Of a stretch of 64,000 nt of DNA, positions 61,506 to 64,000 are shown in pieces. The notes under the pieces are model-generated. The model was not told the origin of the DNA, did no database searches, and saw only the letters and a list, made by a program, of their open reading frames with translations. Where the stretch lies: NCBI RefSeq assembly GCF_044324875.1, contig NZ_CP172185.1; one strand, 5' to 3'. Made by a program: the position numbers and the translations under genes. Source of the DNA: Escherichia coli (GTDB taxonomy: Bacteria; Pseudomonadota; Gammaproteobacteria; Enterobacterales; Enterobacteriaceae). Within the stretch, counting starts at the first letter, position 1, and each line of letters begins with the position of its first letter.

Positions 61506-61856
61506 AAAGCGGTAGAAAAAGTTAAGTTCCCGGTTGATCGAATGGATGCGAATCGCTGATCGGACTTCGATGCCAATCCGTGATCGAATAGAGCGGAATA
61601 CGCAAAAGCGGGCATGAAAACGCCACGCGCGACGGCGATAAGGCGATCAGTGAGTTGCAGTCAGCATTCGACACATACAAAACGGAGCAGGCAATGCTTG
61701 AGAACGCTGCATTGCGAGCATGGGCAAAACGGTATCAGGAGCAGGTGGCCGCTGGGCAGCAGGCTGAGGCCGGTTATCTTGAGCAGATTGCTCAACTGGA
61801 GAGTCAGAACAAACAACTACAGGGGCAAATTAACGATGTCACACAGCGCTGGATTG

Positions 61857-62123
61857 ATGAAAAAGGTAAGAGCCATCCCATTGAGTGCGTGTTTACTCGC
61901 GGTTTCGTGCGCCAGTACAACGCCGCACTCGGGTATGACAACGCATCCGTCGACACCGGTCATTCAGACTCAGTTGCCGCCACTGGCACCCGCTCTGGCA
62001 CAGCGACCGGGCAACCTGAAACCACTGACACCCGGTTACGCGATTCGGGTGTCTCCCAGCGTGACGTTCTCGCCAACATCATCGACAACGCAGGACAATG
62101 TCGTCGCTGGCGGAACCAGATAA
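61857..62123 (+). CDS. o-spanin Rz1 lipoprotein, embedded in the +1 frame of Rz
   Basis: The ATG at 61857 gives MKKVRAIPLSACLLAVSCAS, a signal sequence with a lipobox-like AVSC, followed by a proline-rich 88-aa product. It lies wholly inside the Rz C-terminal part. Confidence 0.7.
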   Translation: MKKVRAIPLSACLLAVSCASTTPHSGMTTHPSTPVIQTQLPPLAPALAQRPGNLKPLTPGYAIRVSPSVTFSPTSSTTQDNVVAGGTR

Positions 62124-62157
62124 ACGCGTTGCTGGATGAACGGGAAGGATTACAGAA

Positions 62158-62484
62158 ATGACACTGCAGGTTGAATTCTGGACGGTGGTGGGCTTTCTCA
62201 TCACCTTCATGAGCTTTGTTGGCGGTATGGCCAAATGGCTGTTCAGTAAAGCGGAGGAACGTCAGGCTGCACGTTTTGCCTCTCTTGAGCAGTCACTGCA
62301 GCAGTCCGCCTCCAGTTGGGGCGAGCTGGAAAAAGAATTGATGCGATTTAAAGCGGATTTACCGCTGAATTATGTCCGTCGCGAGGATTATATCCGTGGC
62401 CAGACAGTCATCGAGGCCAAACTGGACGCGCTTTACAACAAACTGGAAGTGGTACAGCAGTACCGCAATACCGGAGGTCAATAA
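62158..62484 (+). CDS. membrane-anchored coiled-coil protein (Mu gp25 position, possibly DUF2730)
   Basis: 108 aa with an ATGA overlap with the Rz stop. The N-terminal TM segment is FWTVVGFLITFMSFVGGMAKWLF. Confidence 0.55.
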   Translation: MTLQVEFWTVVGFLITFMSFVGGMAKWLFSKAEERQAARFASLEQSLQQSASSWGELEKELMRFKADLPLNYVRREDYIRGQTVIEAKLDALYNKLEVVQQYRNTGGQ

Positions 62485-62795
62485 TGGTCGATATTACCCG
62501 GGTACGCCGTGAATCCCTGCGCTGGAGTCTGCTGGTTGCCCTTAACAAAACCCGCCCTTACACCGCCAGCGAGACGCTGCTGCTGGAAGTGTCCCGCGCC
62601 ATCTACCCGGACACCACGCAACTGGAACTGCGCCGTGAGCTTGATTACCTGGCAGATCGCAAAATGGTGGAACTGGAGAGGAGACCGTCCGGTGACTGGT
62701 TTGCCGATCTGAGTCGCCTTGGTGTGGATATTGTGGAATACACCGTGGAATGCGGCCCCGGTATTGCCCGCCCGGAAAAATACTGGAGTGAGTGA
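62484..62795 (+). CDS. hypothetical late protein (Mu gp26 position)
   Basis: 103-aa ORF translationally coupled to both neighbours. Confidence 0.5.
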   Translation: MVDITRVRRESLRWSLLVALNKTRPYTASETLLLEVSRAIYPDTTQLELRRELDYLADRKMVELERRPSGDWFADLSRLGVDIVEYTVECGPGIARPEKYWSE

Positions 62796-63340
62796 TTATG
62801 GGACGTCGCAGCAGCATTGATTCTCTGCCGAAGGAGGTCCGTCGCTGGCTTGAGCGGGCACTGACGGAGAATAATTTCACCGGCTATGCAGAGCTTGAAA
62901 GTCTGTTGAAGGAAAAGGGGTACAGCATCACCCGCTCTTCCCTGCAGCGGTTTGGCTACAAAATGGAGCAGCAACTGGCCCGTGTGCGGGCGGCAACCGA
63001 GGCAGCGCGTCTGCTTGCCCGGGAGGCCGGAGACGATCCTGATGACCGTTCAGCCGGACTGATAACCCTCGTCCAGACCGAAATGACGGATATCCTGATG
63101 CGCCTGCAGGAGTCGCGGGAAAACGACGATCCCTTCGCCCGGGCAAAACTGCTGGCAACGGCTTCAAAAAATATCGCCACACTGACCCGCGCCTCGGTCA
63201 ACCTCAAGCGCTATCAGGCAGAAGTCAGAGAGAGGGTTGAACGTGCTGCCGCTGCCGCCGAGAAAATTGCCCGTAAGGGCGGGCTCTCTGCGGAAGCCGT
63301 ACAGGCACTGCGCCGGGAAATTCTGGGGGTGGCGTCATGA
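62792..63340 (+). CDS. Mu gp27-like small terminase subunit (DUF3486)
   Basis: 182 aa. The N-terminus GRRSSIDSLPKEVRRWLERAL and the position directly upstream of TerL fit the family, as recalled from memory. Confidence 0.65.
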   Translation: MIMGRRSSIDSLPKEVRRWLERALTENNFTGYAELESLLKEKGYSITRSSLQRFGYKMEQQLARVRAATEAARLLAREAGDDPDDRSAGLITLVQTEMTDILMRLQESRENDDPFARAKLLATASKNIATLTRASVNLKRYQAEVRERVERAAAAAEKIARKGGLSAEAVQALRREILGVAS

Positions 63341-64000
63341 CGGAGCTGCCGCCGCACATTCCTGACACCGCGAGTTATGAGACACCGCCGGTTCTGTTGC
63401 CTTACCAGCAGCGCTGGGTGGCAGATACCTCTCCGCTTAAGGTGATGGAAAAGAGCCGTCGTACCGGTATTACATGGGCTGAGGCATCCGATAACGTACT
63501 GACCGCAGCCTCTTCTGCGCCTGCAGGCGGGATGAATGTGTATTACATCGCCTATAACCAGGATATGACCGTCGAATACATTCAGGCGTGTGCGATGTGG
63601 GCGCGGGCATTCAACTATGCGGCCAGTGAAATTGAAGAAGGATTCTGGGAGGAGGACGACGACGATAAACACATCAGGACTTACACCATCAAATTTCCTG
63701 ACTCCGGCTTTCGCATTGTCGCGCTCTCCAGCCGCCCGTCTAACCTGCGTGGCCGTCAGGGTATTATTGTTATCGACGAAGCGGCGTTCCATGAGCAACT
63801 GGACGAACTGCTGAAAGCGGCGCTGGCGATGCTTATCTGGGGGGGCAAGGTACGCGTTATCTCCACCCATGACGGTGACGACAATCCATTCAGTACGCTT
63901 ATCGGAGATATCCGTGCCGGACGTCAGGGAGGCAGCGTACATCGCATCACTTTCCGGGAAGCCGTATCTGAGGGGCTGTTCCAGCGCGTTTGTCTGCGCA
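63337..64000 (+). CDS. large terminase subunit (Mu gp28-like), N-terminal 221 codons; continues past the window
   Basis: The frame from the ATG at 63337 (ATGA overlap) is open to the window edge, so the ORF track misses it. It has a Walker-B-like IIVIDEAAF and the motif LLPYQQRW typical of TerL N-termini. Confidence 0.75.
   Translation, partial: MTELPPHIPDTASYETPPVLLPYQQRWVADTSPLKVMEKSRRTGITWAEASDNVLTAASSAPAGGMNVYYIAYNQDMTVEYIQACAMWARAFNYAASEIEEGFWEEDDDDKHIRTYTIKFPDSGFRIVALSSRPSNLRGRQGIIVIDEAAFHEQLDELLKAALAMLIWGGKVRVISTHDGDDNPFSTLIGDIRAGRQGGSVHRITFREAVSEGLFQRVCLR

Larger units (their letters stand above)
58966..61604 (+). mobile_element. IS21-family insertion sequence (about 2.64 kb) with istA and istB
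   Basis: It has TG...CA ends and the flanking direct repeat AAAG (58962-65 and 61605-08, extendable to CAAAAG). The left end carries about six TTGGCAT repeats, with complementary ATGCCAA/ATGCGAA copies at the right end. istA and istB lie inside. Confidence 0.88.
58865..62161 (+). pseudogene. i-spanin Rz gene split by an IS21-family insertion (N part 58865..58965, C part 61609..62161)
   Basis: The N part encodes the TM anchor MWTNLLKNLPWRSLLLAVLINAFLIGLYYLGYK. Deleting 58966..61608 in silico restores one 218-codon frame that continues into the coiled-coil ORF ending at 62161. Confidence 0.8.
45285..64000. mobile_element. transposable Mu-type prophage with BcepMu-like gene order; left end plus about 18.7 kb, right part outside window
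   Basis: There is an abrupt break in lhr. Hallmark genes follow: Mor, GemA-like, Gam, AAA+ B-like ATPase, DDE transposase, Ner-like protein, XRE repressor, holin/SLT/Rz/Rz1, DUF3486 small terminase and TerL. The candidate TG terminus is at 45285-45286. Confidence 0.88.

Noticed and set aside
63214-63942. 242-aa minus-strand ORF in the track
   Set aside because: It lies entirely antisense to the open TerL frame (63337 to the window edge), which has terminase motifs and is translationally coupled to the upstream gene. The minus-strand product is Arg/Ala-rich shadow sequence with no RBS.

Overview
The window is an Escherichia coli chromosomal segment. From 1 to about 45.3 kb it is conserved core genome in K-12-like order: fumA (partial), manA, ydgA, uidCBA, uidR, hdhA, malI, malXY, add, ydgJ, blr, cnu, ydgK, rsxABCDGE, nth, dtpA, gstA, pdxY, tyrS, pdxH, mliC, anmK, slyB, slyA, ydhIJK, sodC, ydhF, ydhL, nemR, nemA, gloA, rnt, lhr. 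Several textbook operator palindromes (MalI, NemR, SlyA) and intrinsic terminators are visible. The helicase gene lhr is dead twice. It has an in-frame TAA at 43030-43032, and it is cut at about 45286 by the end of a transposable, Mu-type prophage that fills the rest of the window (45.3-64 kb and beyond). The prophage has a BcepMu-like layout. A tightly packed early operon runs leftward: Ner-like protein, wHTH protein, DDE transposase, AAA+ B-like ATPase, Gam, MazG-like protein, GemA-like protein, Mor. An XRE repressor is divergent from it. A lysis and packaging module runs rightward: holin, SLT endolysin, Rz/Rz1, DUF3486-type small terminase, TerL. An IS21-family element (istA/istB, about 2.64 kb) sits precisely inside the Rz spanin gene. 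The best candidates for undescribed biology are two accessory slots of the prophage. One is a terminator-insulated membrane protein gene at the extreme left end. The other is a three-gene minus-strand cassette (Walker-A-motif protein, 71-aa protein, Dam-type methyltransferase) with a highly structured 190-nt spacer, lying between the immunity and lysis modules. All protein family calls rest on motifs read by eye and remembered homologies. No database search was run.
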